DNA of 64,000 nucleotides from assembly GCA_022014155.1 (NCBI GenBank), contig JAKLLS010000003.1:5-64004 (forward strand), given 5' to 3'. The translations under genes were made by a program, and so were the position numbers. Shown here piece after piece: positions 30,970 through 42,027 of the stretch (positions within the stretch are counted from its first letter, which is position 1; the number at the start of each line of letters is the position of its first letter). The DNA is from Marinobacter sp. GTDB lineage: Bacteria; Pseudomonadota; Gammaproteobacteria; Pseudomonadales; Oleiphilaceae. The notes below the pieces were generated by a model. The model saw only the letters and a program-made list of their open reading frames with translations, ran no database searches and was not told where the DNA came from.

Positions 30970-32120
30970 GCCTTTGCTCCGGTTATGGCGGCCCTTTGGG
31001 GCAGCGTTTCCCCGTCACGCCAGGTTTGTTCGATAACGCCGCCTCCCAGGCAAACCTCACCCTCATAGAATACAACTGACTGGCCGGGTGTTACCGCACG
31101 CTGGGCATCGTCAAACACCACCGTTACACCGCCATCGCACAGGGTAACGACACAGTCCTGGTCTGGTTGGCGATAGCGGGTCTTGGCCTTGCATCGGAAC
31201 TCCTCTGCAGGCGCCTCGCCAGCGACCCAATCAATCTGTCCGCTGACCAGTCCACGGGAAAACAGCAGTGGGTGTTGCTTGCCCTGAACCGCAATCAGCA
31301 CGTTACGATTCAAATCCTTTTCAGCGACATACCAGGGATCGTCGCCAAATTCGCTGAGCCCGCCAATACCGAGGCCCTGGCGTTGGCCGATGGTGTGATA
31401 CATCAGCCCCTGATGGCGCCCAATCACCTGGCCATCGGGTGTTTCGATGTCCCCTGGCTGCGCTGGCAGGTATTGCTTGAGAAAGTCCCGGAACTTGCGT
31501 TCGCCGATAAAGCAGATGCCGGTGGAATCCTTCTTGTCGTGGGTGACAAATCCCTGTGCTTCGGCAATCCGTCGGACCTCCGGCTTCTCGAGTTCCCCGA
31601 CCGGGAACAGCGTGCGAGCGATACGGTCACCGGATACCGCGTGGAGGAAGTAGCTCTGATCCTTGTTGGGATCAAGCCCTTTCAGCAACTGTGCTTTACC
31701 AGAACCGTCATTGAGTGGCCGTTGACGGGTGTAATGGCCGGTGGCGATGAAGTCAGCGCCCAGAGTAACGGCATAGTCCAGAAATGCGCGGAATTTTACT
31801 TCCTTGTTACACAGGATGTCCGGATTGGGTGTGCGACCGGCCTTGTACTCGGATAAAAAATGCTCGAACACGCGATCCCAGTATTCCGCAGCGAAACTCG
31901 CCGTGTGCAGCGGGATACCGATGGTGTCGGCGACGGCCTGGGCGTCGGCCAGATCGGTCATGGCGGTACAGTATTCAGTGCCGTCATCTTCGTCCCAGTT
32001 CTTCATGAACAGGCCCTCAACCTGGTAGCCCTGATCTTTCAGGAGCCAGGCGGCGACGGACGAATCAACGCCGCCGGACATGCCAACAATAACTCGGGTG
32101 TTTTCGGGTGCGTCTGTCAT
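30966..32120 (-). CDS. mnmA: tRNA-specific 2-thiouridylase MnmA
   Basis: [49 protein letters not shown]. Confidence 0.98.
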   Translation of the reverse strand: MTDAPENTRVIVGMSGGVDSSVAAWLLKDQGYQVEGLFMKNWDEDDGTEYCTAMTDLADAQAVADTIGIPLHTASFAAEYWDRVFEHFLSEYKAGRTPNPDILCNKEVKFRAFLDYAVTLGADFIATGHYTRQRPLNDGSGKAQLLKGLDPNKDQSYFLHAVSGDRIARTLFPVGELEKPEVRRIAEAQGFVTHDKKDSTGICFIGERKFRDFLKQYLPAQPGDIETPDGQVIGRHQGLMYHTIGQRQGLGIGGLSEFGDDPWYVAEKDLNRNVLIAVQGKQHPLLFSRGLVSGQIDWVAGEAPAEEFRCKAKTRYRQPDQDCVVTLCDGGVTVVFDDAQRAVTPGQSVVFYEGEVCLGGGVIEQTWRDGETLPQRAAITGAKA

Positions 32121-32168
32121 AGCTGAACCGTACTGATCAAAGCGCCGCAGTTTAGCATTGTTGGACGG

Positions 32169-32618
32169 TCACGTCTCAGCGTCGATAATCACATCCAGGG
32201 GGAACCTCCGACCCTTTCGGTAATCTTCTATGCACCGGAGGACCAGTGGGCTGCGAAGCTGACCACCAAGGCCGGCAATTTCATCTGGCGTCAGCCAATG
32301 TGCAGCGATAATGCCATCATCCAACTGGTCGGTGATCTTTTTCACTGCGCGGGCGGAATAGCAGAAGCGGTAGTAAGTTACGCCATTGGCCGGTGCTTTG
32401 TAGGTATAAAGGCCTAGGAAGTGTACCGGCTCCACCTGCCAGCCTGTTTCTTCCAGAGTTTCGCGTCGCACCGCATCCAGAATGGCTTCATCTTCCTCGA
32501 TGTGTCCGGCTGGCTGGTTGAAGACCACCAGGCCGCTGCTGACTTCCTCCACCAGGAGGAAGCGGCCCTGGTCATTCTCTACTACAACCGCAACCGTGGC
32601 ATGGGGGGTCCAGGTCAT
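32169..32618 (-). CDS. nudJ: NUDIX hydrolase NudJ
   Basis: PHATVAVV, NQPAGHIE...RETLEETG Nudix box, LRSPLV. Confidence 0.88.
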   Translation of the reverse strand: MTWTPHATVAVVVENDQGRFLLVEEVSSGLVVFNQPAGHIEEDEAILDAVRRETLEETGWQVEPVHFLGLYTYKAPANGVTYYRFCYSARAVKKITDQLDDGIIAAHWLTPDEIAGLGGQLRSPLVLRCIEDYRKGRRFPLDVIIDAET

Positions 32619-32620
32619 GA

Positions 32621-33256
32621 TTAGCTTCTTCTCCGTGTTTTGTTGCTGCCACCGCCTCGGCCCGTTTTCTGTGGACGTTGGGAGCGCGTAGGTGGTGCTG
32701 GCATGTGAACGGCCAGTTTGTGGTACTGGCCCGGTGCCAGATTGTCGAGGGTCCAGTCACCGATACGATAGCGAATCAGGCGAAGGGTAGGGAAGCCAAC
32801 GGCTGCGGTCATGCGGCGTACCTGTCGGTTCTTACCTTCAGTAATGGTGAGTTCGATCCAGGAGGTGGGGACTGACTCCCGGTGGCGCACGGGAGGGACT
32901 CTTGGCCACACTGTCGGTTCGGGCATTCTTTCGGCAGTGGCTGGCCGGGTTTCGCCATCCTTCAGCAGAACGCCTGTCCGCAATCGGCGCAGAGCCTCCT
33001 CGGTGATGTCGCCTTCCACCTGGACCCAATAAGTCTTTGGCATTTTCAGGCGGGGAGAGGCAATGCGATGTTGGAGCTGGCCGTCATCGGTGAGCATGAG
33101 GAGGCCTTCCGAGTCGAAGTCCAGACGGCCTGCCGGATAGACGTGGGGTATATCAATCCAGTCTGCCAATGTGGATCGAGCGGATTTGCCATCACCTGAA
33201 TCGGTAAACTGGCTCATTACCCTAAAGGGCTTGTTGAAGAGAATCAGGATCGCCAT
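32621..33256 (-). CDS. rluE: 23S rRNA pseudouridine synthase E
   Basis: LFNKPF, YPAGRLDFDSEGL, EGKNRQVRRMTAAVGFPTLRLIR. Confidence 0.9.
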   Translation of the reverse strand: MAILILFNKPFRVMSQFTDSGDGKSARSTLADWIDIPHVYPAGRLDFDSEGLLMLTDDGQLQHRIASPRLKMPKTYWVQVEGDITEEALRRLRTGVLLKDGETRPATAERMPEPTVWPRVPPVRHRESVPTSWIELTITEGKNRQVRRMTAAVGFPTLRLIRYRIGDWTLDNLAPGQYHKLAVHMPAPPTRSQRPQKTGRGGGSNKTRRRS

Positions 33257-33476
33257 TCGGTGCTCTGTGCCATGCTCGGGTGTTCTGGTGCGGCGTGACT
33301 GAAAGCGGTGAGGGTATCTGAACGACGGGGAGAGGAAAAGTGAAATTGCGTTAGGGCTAACACAGGTAACCTGTGATCGTCACCTTCGAAGGTGTCGACA
33401 GCAAAGGTTGAGGTCGGCCCAAAATGGGGCCGGCCACAAAATCAGCTTGAGCCCGGTGACCTGGCAGGATCAGGTC

Positions 33477-33803
33477 TCAGGCGTTTACAGCGCGTGGCTC
33501 GTCCCTGAGCGCGCCTTCATGGCGGCTGCTCTCGGTGCTGGCGTCAGACCTCTTTTCCGTTCTTTCCGCCGTGCTGGCCTCGCTTTGTTTTCGCGGTTGT
33601 TCCTGTGGAACGATGTTTACCGCATGGACACCCTTGTCACTGGGTTTCTTGTCAAAAGTTACTGTTTGACCGGCCTTCAGGGTTTTGTATCCCTCCATCT
33701 GTACCGATGAGAAATGGGCGAACAGATCATCACTGCAGCCATCCTCTATGATAAAGCCGTAACCTTTGGCATTGTTAAACCACTTCACTTTGCCCTTTGG
33801 CAT
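33477..33803 (-). CDS. cspD: Cold-shock domain protein CspD with a C-terminal extension
   Basis: GKVKWFNNAKGYGFI, DLFAHFS, GYKTLKAGQ; divergent from clpS. Confidence 0.92.
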   Translation of the reverse strand: MPKGKVKWFNNAKGYGFIIEDGCSDDLFAHFSSVQMEGYKTLKAGQTVTFDKKPSDKGVHAVNIVPQEQPRKQSEASTAERTEKRSDASTESSRHEGALRDEPRAVNA

Positions 33804-34077
33804 GATGAACTCCCCTGTTCTTTTACTGTCAATCACTGTTATTGGTGTTATTGCCGTACCATAGAGCGGGACGGGTGATATCGGATACCTGTTACGAATG
33901 CTTCCGTGGATACACTAAGACCACGCCAATTTACATTATTTTACATTGCACTCTTACTGTTGACCAATATCGTCTTTGAGTCAATAGCGGACATCGGGGG
34001 AATGTATGGTTGAAGAGGGTCCGGAAGCGGTATCATGATCGTATTGATAACCAGCGCACGTCCGGTAGCCTTGTTGG

Positions 34078-34106
34078 CTTGAAAACCGGACGACTCACAA
34101 CCATCT
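34078..34106 (+). promoter_or_regulatory. Putative sigma32 promoter of clpS-clpA
   Basis: CTTGAAA (34078-34084), 14-nt spacer, AACCATCT (34099-34106). Confidence 0.55.
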
Positions 34107-34139
34107 TTAACCAAGGGCACCGACTACCGGTAAAGAATC

Positions 34140-34499
34140 ATGAGGACTATCCAGAATTCTCTACTAGTATTTAATCAGGGGGATGAAGAACAGCCGGGGC
34201 GTCAGGATGACCTCAGTGTTGCTCCCGAGAAGCCTGCACTGAAGCGCCCTGCGCGCTTTCGGGTAGTGCTTCTGAATGATGACTACACACCCATGGATTT
34301 TGTGGTGGATGTACTGATGAAATTCTTCGGGATGAACGAAGAAAAGGCGACGCAGGTGATGCTGCTCGTCCATACGCAGGGAAAAGCCGTATGTGGGGTA
34401 TATACCCGTGACATCGCAGAAACAAAGGCGGCACAGGTGAATCAGTATTCCTCGGAATGCGAACATCCGCTCCTTTGCGAGATTGAACGTGCGGACTGA
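34140..34499 (+). CDS. clpS: ATP-dependent Clp protease adaptor ClpS
   Basis: [33 protein letters not shown]. Confidence 0.96.
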   Translation: MRTIQNSLLVFNQGDEEQPGRQDDLSVAPEKPALKRPARFRVVLLNDDYTPMDFVVDVLMKFFGMNEEKATQVMLLVHTQGKAVCGVYTRDIAETKAAQVNQYSSECEHPLLCEIERAD

Positions 34500-34517
34500 T
34501 AGACCCAGGGGTGGCCC

Positions 34518-36788
34518 ATGCTGAGCAAAGACCTTGAAATTACGCTGAATACGGCCTTCAAAAATGCCCGCGACAAGCGTCATGAGTTCATGACGGTGGA
34601 GCATTTGTTGCTGGCCCTGTTGGACAATGAATCGGCAGTGGGCGTCCTGAAAGCCTGTGGTGCAGACCTGAAACGGCTTCAGGAAGAACTCATTGAATTT
34701 GTGGACTCCACAACGCCACTGATCCCGAGCAATGACAGTGAACGGGAAACCCAGCCGACGCTGGGGTTCCAGCGGGTTCTGCAGCGCGCTGTTTTCCATG
34801 TACAGTCTTCTGGCAAGAAGGAGGTGACCGGTGCCAATGTGCTGGTTGCCATCTTCAGTGAGCAGGAAAGCCAGGCCGTGTATGTGCTCAAGAAACAGAG
34901 CATTGCCCGAATTGATGTGGTGAACTTCGTTTCTCACGGAATCTCCAGGGTGCAGGGAGGCGAGGAGCAGGAAGGCCACGACCAGGCCTCCCACGAAGAA
35001 GCCGGGGAAGAGGGTGGTTCTGCACGACCGCTCGAGAGCTACGCGACCAACCTGAATGAACAGGCTCGTCAGGGGCGCATCGATCCGTTGATTGGCCGCG
35101 AGCATGAAGTGGAACGTGTGGTCCAGATTCTGGTCCGTCGCCGCAAAAACAATCCGCTGCTGGTCGGAGAGGCCGGCGTTGGTAAGACGGCTATTGCCGA
35201 AGGGCTCGCCAAGCGCATTGTGGATGGCCAGGTGCCAGAGATTATCTCGGATGCGGTGGTTTACTCGCTGGATCTGGGGGCGCTGCTGGCGGGCACCAAG
35301 TACCGTGGTGATTTTGAGAAACGTCTGAAAGGTCTGTTGGCGGAACTCAAGAAAGAGCAGCATGCCATTCTGTTCATTGATGAAATTCACACCATCATTG
35401 GAGCCGGTTCAGCTTCCGGCGGTGTCATGGATGCCTCCAACCTGCTTAAACCCATGTTGAGTTCTGGTGAGATTCGCTGCATCGGATCGACCACTTACTC
35501 CGAGTTTCGGGGCATTTTCGAGAAGGACAGTGCACTTGCCCGGCGATTCCAGAAAATTGACGTCAACGAGCCGAGCGTTGAGGATACCTACCAGATCCTC
35601 AAGGGCCTGAAGCCCAATTTTGAGAAGCACCATGACCTCAAATACACCGACAAGGCGTTGAGGGTGGCCGCTGAGTTGGCGGATCGCTATATCACTGACC
35701 GTCACTTGCCGGACAAGGCCATTGATGTCATCGACGAGGCCGGTGCCCGTCAGCGACTGATGGCGGAAAGCAAACGCAAGAAAACGGTGGATGTGCGGGA
35801 TATTGAGGACGTGGTGGCGAACATTGCCCGTATTCCTCCGAAAAATGTGTCCTCCAATGACAAGGATCTGCTGCGCAACCTGGAGCGGGATCTCAAGATG
35901 GTGGTGTTTGGTCAGGACCCGGCAATCGAGTCACTGTCTACGGCCATCAAACTTGCCCGCGCGGGTCTCAAGGCGCCAGAGAAGCCGGAAGGGGCTTTCC
36001 TGTTTGCCGGGCCGACCGGCGTGGGCAAGACCGAGGTCACCAAGCAGCTCGCCAAAGTGCTGGGTATTGAACTGGTGCGTTTCGATATGTCCGAGTACAT
36101 GGAGCGGCATACGGTGTCCCGCCTGATTGGTGCGCCTCCGGGATATGTCGGTTACGACCAGGGCGGCCTGTTGACGGAATCAGTCAACAAGCATCCTCAC
36201 TGTGTATTGCTGCTGGATGAAATCGAGAAGGCCCATCCGGAAGTCTTTAACCTGCTGCTGCAGGTCATGGACCATGGCACGCTGACGGATAACAACGGTC
36301 GCAAGGCGGATTTCCGTCACGTTATCCTGGTGATGACCACCAATGCCGGGGCTGAGAGCATGGCTCGCCGGTCGATCGGGTTCAGCGAGCAGGACCACAG
36401 TACCGACGGCATGGAAATTATCAGCAAGACGTTTACGCCGGAATTCCGCAACCGTATTGATGGCATTATCCAGTTTGCTGATCTCCAGAAAGAGACCATC
36501 ACCCATGTGGTGGACAAGTTCCTCACTGAGCTGCAGGCGCAGCTGGATGAGAAGCATGTAGTGCTGCATGTGGATGAGGCTGCCAAAGTCTGGCTGGCGG
36601 AGAAAGGCTATGACGTCACCATGGGGGCACGACCGATGTCCCGCCTGATCCAGGATAAGATCAAACGGCCGCTTGCGGAACAGATCCTGTTCGGTCGGTT
36701 GTCTGAAAAGGGTGGGGATGTCCATATTCATCTTCGCGATGACGAACTGGTGTTCGACTATGAGGATGAGCCTGCCGAGGCAGTTTGA
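34518..36788 (+). CDS. clpA: ATP-dependent Clp protease ATP-binding subunit ClpA
   Basis: [13 protein letters not shown]; two AAA modules ([16 protein letters not shown]); IGF loop. Confidence 0.98.
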   Translation: MLSKDLEITLNTAFKNARDKRHEFMTVEHLLLALLDNESAVGVLKACGADLKRLQEELIEFVDSTTPLIPSNDSERETQPTLGFQRVLQRAVFHVQSSGKKEVTGANVLVAIFSEQESQAVYVLKKQSIARIDVVNFVSHGISRVQGGEEQEGHDQASHEEAGEEGGSARPLESYATNLNEQARQGRIDPLIGREHEVERVVQILVRRRKNNPLLVGEAGVGKTAIAEGLAKRIVDGQVPEIISDAVVYSLDLGALLAGTKYRGDFEKRLKGLLAELKKEQHAILFIDEIHTIIGAGSASGGVMDASNLLKPMLSSGEIRCIGSTTYSEFRGIFEKDSALARRFQKIDVNEPSVEDTYQILKGLKPNFEKHHDLKYTDKALRVAAELADRYITDRHLPDKAIDVIDEAGARQRLMAESKRKKTVDVRDIEDVVANIARIPPKNVSSNDKDLLRNLERDLKMVVFGQDPAIESLSTAIKLARAGLKAPEKPEGAFLFAGPTGVGKTEVTKQLAKVLGIELVRFDMSEYMERHTVSRLIGAPPGYVGYDQGGLLTESVNKHPHCVLLLDEIEKAHPEVFNLLLQVMDHGTLTDNNGRKADFRHVILVMTTNAGAESMARRSIGFSEQDHSTDGMEIISKTFTPEFRNRIDGIIQFADLQKETITHVVDKFLTELQAQLDEKHVVLHVDEAAKVWLAEKGYDVTMGARPMSRLIQDKIKRPLAEQILFGRLSEKGGDVHIHLRDDELVFDYEDEPAEAV

Positions 36789-36812
36789 TATAGCCTTGTA
36801 TCGGGTGTTCAT

Positions 36813-36843
36813 AAACCGCGCTGGCGACAGCGCGGTTTTTTTT
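36813..36843 (+). terminator. Rho-independent terminator after clpA
   Basis: AAACCGCGCTG-GCGA-CAGCGCGGTTT followed by a T run. Confidence 0.9.
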
Positions 36844-37006
36844 ATGCCTGCATGTCGAGGGGTTGACCTTCTTTTAGCTACTCAGCCGCCGTTGTCGTCA
36901 ATTCAATCAGCATCAATCTCTGTCAGTTTATTGTGACGTGGTCGAAACGTCCGGATTATCGGCTGCGAAATCTCTAATAAACAATAATGACAAGGAATCA
37001 CGACGA

Positions 37007-38038
37007 ATGAAGGTACGTGCTGCAACATTGGCGGTCCTGATGGGGCTGTCTGTCTGGAACCCGGTGGCCGCCAGTGAGCGGAAAGAATTCTGTGTCTTTG
37101 ATGTCGCAGGAGCGGGCGGCTTTGTCTACCGCACACTTCAGGAGTACCAGCGCAAGGCGGTGGACTCCGGCGTCAGTCTTGCGATGATTCCGTACACCGA
37201 TGAAGATGAAGCGGTGGCGGACTTCAAGGCTGGCACATGCGATATTGTGGCTGTGACCGACATGGGGGTCCGGCATTTCAACAGTTTTACCGGGTCAATC
37301 AGCGCCATCGGGGCTGTGCCTTATTATGAGGACCTGAAGGTCCTGATGCATATTCTCTCCAGTCCCAGGGTGGATGAGCACATGTCACAGGACGGATACC
37401 AGGTTCTCGGCGCAGCGCCTATGGGAGCGGCCTATTTATTCGTTAATGATCGGGGGATCAATCATGTAGATGCCCTGAAGGGCAAGCGAATTACGGTTTT
37501 TGAAGGGCACCATGACGCACGCCATTTGGTTGAGTACATTGGCGCAGTGCCGGTGGACGCGAAGATTTCCAATTTTGCACGACTGTTCAATACAGGCCAG
37601 GCGGATATCAGCTATGCCCCGGCGGCTGCTTACGAGTTGCTTGAAATGTTCAAGGGGATGGGTGACAAAGGGGGCATCATAAAGTACCCGGTCGGCCAGG
37701 TATCGGTCCATCTGGTGACTCGGGAAGGCGAGTTCGATGATCGGTTTGTGAGGCGGTCACGCAAGATTTTGTCGCGGCTGTACCCTGAAGCGATGCGGAT
37801 TGTGAGGCAATACGAAGATTCCATTCCCGCAGAACGGTGGGTCGATATTTCCAAAGAAGCCATGGTTGGCTACCAGGAGATGATGCGTAATGTGCGTATC
37901 GATATGCAGACAGCAACGGATGCATCGGGTATGCAGGCAGCCGGCGTCTATGACGACAATATGATGACCATTCTCAGAAAGGTGCGGTGCTATACCAATC
38001 CAGGGGCGCTGGAGTGCAATGCGGAGGATCGCGAGTAA
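37007..38038 (+). CDS. Putative periplasmic solute-binding protein (AdeT/DUF6091-like, TRAP DctP-type fold)
   Basis: Signal peptide, FCVFDVAGAGG, FNSFTGSISAIGA, GAAYLFVNDR, C-terminal LRKVRC...P...EC. Confidence 0.75.
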   Translation: MKVRAATLAVLMGLSVWNPVAASERKEFCVFDVAGAGGFVYRTLQEYQRKAVDSGVSLAMIPYTDEDEAVADFKAGTCDIVAVTDMGVRHFNSFTGSISAIGAVPYYEDLKVLMHILSSPRVDEHMSQDGYQVLGAAPMGAAYLFVNDRGINHVDALKGKRITVFEGHHDARHLVEYIGAVPVDAKISNFARLFNTGQADISYAPAAAYELLEMFKGMGDKGGIIKYPVGQVSVHLVTREGEFDDRFVRRSRKILSRLYPEAMRIVRQYEDSIPAERWVDISKEAMVGYQEMMRNVRIDMQTATDASGMQAAGVYDDNMMTILRKVRCYTNPGALECNAEDRE

Positions 38039-38052
38039 GTAGGCGCGGTAAC

Positions 38053-38079
38053 AAAAAAGCCCCGTTTCCGGGGCTTTTT
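38053..38079. terminator. Bidirectional intrinsic terminator between the binding-protein gene and infA
   Basis: AAAAAAGCCCCG-TTTC-CGGGGCTTTTT. Confidence 0.88.
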
Positions 38080-38097
38080 CAGATGTCACCTGGGTGA

Positions 38098-38316
38098 TTA
38101 ACGGGCGCGGTAAACGATACGGCCCTTGCTGAGATCGTAGGGGGTAAGCTCAACTTTCACCTTGTCGCCAGTCAGGATGCGGATATAGTTCTTGCGCATC
38201 TTGCCGGAGATGTGGGCAGTCACAACGTGGCCGTTGCTCAGCTCAACTCGGAACATGGTATTTGGAAGCGTATCAACAATAACGCCCTCCATTTCAATGA
38301 CATCTGATTTCGCCAT
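38098..38316 (-). CDS. infA: Translation initiation factor IF-1
   Basis: [11 protein letters not shown]...[33 protein letters not shown]. Confidence 0.99.
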   Translation of the reverse strand: MAKSDVIEMEGVIVDTLPNTMFRVELSNGHVVTAHISGKMRKNYIRILTGDKVKVELTPYDLSKGRIVYRAR

Positions 38317-38397
38317 TCAGTAAAAACCTCGTTTGGAATTAACTTGCCTTGATTTTAAATTGCGCAATTCTGCCTGATTTGTTGCCATTTAGCAAAA

Positions 38398-39111
38398 TCA
38401 GTTGCGTTTCAGTACCTGCCATTGACCATCTCTCAGGGCTTCAATGGGGGTGAAACGGGTTTTATAGTTCATTTTCCGGCATTCCCGGATCCAGTATCCC
38501 AGATAAAGGTGCGGCAGCTCCCATGATTTTGCGGCTTCAATCTGCCAGAGAATGGCAAAAGTGCCGAGACTGCGACTCTCATGGGCGGGATCAAAAACCG
38601 TATAGATGGCCGACAGCCCGTCGTCCAGCATATCCACTGCTGCCAGGCCAATCAGCTCTTCTTCGAGGCGGATCTCCAGGAACCAGGAGTCGGTGGCGCC
38701 TTCCACAAGAAAGGATGTGAATTGTTCCCGGGACGGCGGGTACATATCGCCATCCGCGTGCCGCTGTTCGATGTAGTGGGCGTAAAGCCGGTAATAGCGT
38801 TCGTTAAAACTGGCCGGTACGAGTTCGCAGGTCAGATCCCGGTTTTTTTCAAGCACTCGACGTTGATTCCGGTCGGGTTTGAAGTCGTTTACCTTCAGCC
38901 GCACCGGAATGCAGGCGTTGCAGTTTTCGCAGTGGGGGCGGTAGTAGTGGGAGCCACTGCGGCGAAAACCCAAGGCGGTGAGCTGGCTGTACAACTTCTT
39001 GTCGATGTGTGCCCGCGGGTCGACGAACATAGTGGTCGCTTCACGATCCGGCAGGTAGCTGCAGTCGTGCGGGGGCGTGGCGAAGAATACCAGTGTTCTG
39101 AGATTGCTCAT
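38398..39111 (-). CDS. bpt: Aspartate/glutamate leucyltransferase (Bpt; ATE-like)
   Basis: TPPHDCSYLP, GFRRSG..YRPHC..CNAC, YLGYWI..C.KMNYK. Confidence 0.9.
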   Translation of the reverse strand: MSNLRTLVFFATPPHDCSYLPDREATTMFVDPRAHIDKKLYSQLTALGFRRSGSHYYRPHCENCNACIPVRLKVNDFKPDRNQRRVLEKNRDLTCELVPASFNERYYRLYAHYIEQRHADGDMYPPSREQFTSFLVEGATDSWFLEIRLEEELIGLAAVDMLDDGLSAIYTVFDPAHESRSLGTFAILWQIEAAKSWELPHLYLGYWIRECRKMNYKTRFTPIEALRDGQWQVLKRN

Positions 39112-39828
39112 TCACACCTCCGGGCCGGGCCATTGCCACTGGATTTGCCAGGAGCTCTGCGTTGGAGAGCGGTCTACACTTGCCCTGAGTATAGATAAAA
39201 ACTCGTCGCGTGGAATGGATCGGGCACCCATTTTTAATAGGTGGCCGTTCTCCACCTGGCAGTCCATGATTTTATATCCCCATTCTGACAACTGATTGGC
39301 CAGGTGCACCATCAGTACTTTTGACGCGTTGGTTTCCAGCGAGAACATGGACTCTCCAAAAAAACACTGTCCTATTGCCAGGCCGTACATGCCGCCTACC
39401 AGCTCTCCGGCGGGGTTCCAGGCTTCGATGGAGTGGGCGACCCCGAGTTTGTGTAGCCGGGTATAGCTGTCAGCCATGTCCTCGGTGATCCAGGTGCCTT
39501 CTCGTTGTCGGGTTTCCGCGCACAGGCGTATGACGTTGGTGAAGTCCCTGTCCGCGGTTATCGAAAAGTGCTGTCGGTTGAGGGTGCGGCGCAGGCTGCG
39601 GGATACGTGGATTTCTTCCGGGAACAAGACACATCGGGGGTTGGGGGACCACCAGAGGATGGGTTGGTCGTCGCTGTACCAGGGGAAGATGCCGTTGCGG
39701 TAGGCGAGGATCAGGCGGTCGGTGGAGAGGTCTCCGCCCAGTGCCAGCAGGCCATCGGGTTCGTCCAGGGCTTCCTCGGCGGGAGGGAACCAGAGTTGGT
39801 CGGGGTCTATCCAGGGTAGTGAGGTCAT
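39112..39828 (-). CDS. aat: Leucyl/phenylalanyl-tRNA--protein transferase
   Basis: GLLALGGDL, AYRNGIFPW, WWSPNPR, AHSIE, FFGESMFS, NASK. Confidence 0.96.
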   Translation of the reverse strand: MTSLPWIDPDQLWFPPAEEALDEPDGLLALGGDLSTDRLILAYRNGIFPWYSDDQPILWWSPNPRCVLFPEEIHVSRSLRRTLNRQHFSITADRDFTNVIRLCAETRQREGTWITEDMADSYTRLHKLGVAHSIEAWNPAGELVGGMYGLAIGQCFFGESMFSLETNASKVLMVHLANQLSEWGYKIMDCQVENGHLLKMGARSIPRDEFLSILRASVDRSPTQSSWQIQWQWPGPEV

Positions 39829-39878
39829 CCAGGTCCGGTTTCGGAGTGTGCTGCCTTGTTCTTTGGCTTGGGAGTATC

Positions 39879-39983
39879 AGCCGTTGGGTGGATTGTTCTG
39901 AAACACGCTGTGGATACATCCGTGTACGCTTGGCTCCGCCATCCATGGCTCCGCACAGTTTCAGAACAATCCACCCAACGGCT
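39879..39983. repeat. 105-bp palindromic intergenic element (REP/MITE-like) with a perfect 26-bp inverted repeat
   Basis: AGCCGTTGGGTGGATTGTTCTGAAAC (39879-39904) is the exact reverse complement of 39958-39983; the 53-nt core holds two small hairpins. Confidence 0.85.
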
Positions 39984-40019
39984 TCTTCTGACTTCAGAGT
40001 AGCCTGCCGTCAGTACAGG

Positions 40020-41054
<1,035 letters not shown>

Positions 41055-41108
41055 CTAATTTCTGTCATTAAATGATGCTATTTACTTAACAACGCCCTTC
41101 GTTCTTCT

Positions 41109-42020
41109 CTATTCGATGACAGAAACGGAGGCAAGAAGTTGCCTGACCCGTTCGGTGCTCTTTCCAGATTCTCCCTGTTCCAGCCGGTGTTCCGCAACTG
41201 CGGGAAATACTGCCTGGATGTCGTCGGGTAATACATGGTGTCGTCCGTCCATCAATGCCCAGGCCCTGGCGGCGCGAACCAGGCCAAGACCCGCGCGGGG
41301 CGACAGGCCATAGAGCAGGCCGGGCATGCGGCGGCTGTGTTCCAGCAGGCGCTGGACGTAATCCAGTAAAGCGGGGCTGGTGGTCACCCTCCCAACGGCT
41401 TCCTGAAGGGTGTCCAGGTCTGACTGACTCAACAGGGTTTGCAGTTTGCTGGTCAGCATGCGGCGATCTTCACCTTCGAGCAGTTCCCGTTCCGCCTTGG
41501 GGTCCGGATAGCCAAGGCGCAGGCGCATCAGGAAACGGTCGAGTTGGGATTCCGGAAGTGGGTAGGTTCCGCCCTGTTCAATGGGGTTCTGGGTAGCGAT
41601 AACAAAGAACGGGTGGGGCAGCGGGCGGGTCTCGCCTTCGATGGATACCTGTCGTTCTTCCATGGCCTCGAGCAGTGCGCTTTGAGTGCGTGGTGAGGCG
41701 CGGTTGATTTCGTCAGCAAGCACAACCTGGGCGAAGATGGGGCCCTTGTGGAATACCAGTGTCCCGGCTTCCTTGTCGTACATGGAGTAGCCGAGTACGT
41801 CGGCCGGGAGCAGGTCGTTGGTGAACTGGATGCGCTGGTAACTGAGTCCCATGATCCGGGCGAGGGCATGGGACAGTGTGGTTTTGCCCATTCCGGGAAT
41901 ATCTTCGATCAACAGATGGCCGCGGGCCAACAGTCCGCATATGGCCAGGCGAACCTGTTGTTCCTTGCCCAGCAGTATGGTGTTGAGCTCGTTGACAACG
42001 GTATCAATGAGTTTCTTCAT
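41109..42020 (-). CDS. MoxR-family AAA+ ATPase
   Basis: GHLLIEDIPGMGKT, RIQFTNDLLPAD, LADEINRASPRTQSALLEAM, ATQNP, PESQLDRF, SPR. Confidence 0.93.
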   Translation of the reverse strand: MKKLIDTVVNELNTILLGKEQQVRLAICGLLARGHLLIEDIPGMGKTTLSHALARIMGLSYQRIQFTNDLLPADVLGYSMYDKEAGTLVFHKGPIFAQVVLADEINRASPRTQSALLEAMEERQVSIEGETRPLPHPFFVIATQNPIEQGGTYPLPESQLDRFLMRLRLGYPDPKAERELLEGEDRRMLTSKLQTLLSQSDLDTLQEAVGRVTTSPALLDYVQRLLEHSRRMPGLLYGLSPRAGLGLVRAARAWALMDGRHHVLPDDIQAVFPAVAEHRLEQGESGKSTERVRQLLASVSVIE

Positions 42021-42027
42021 GCAGGAT

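Noticed and set aside
34164-35390. 408-aa ORF antisense to clpS/clpA
   Set aside because: Common spurious antisense frame of Clp ATPase genes
39879-39983. Element read as a CRISPR repeat, integron attC site or autonomous IS
   Set aside because: Single copy in the window; no spacers, cas, integrase or transposase; no evident target-site duplication
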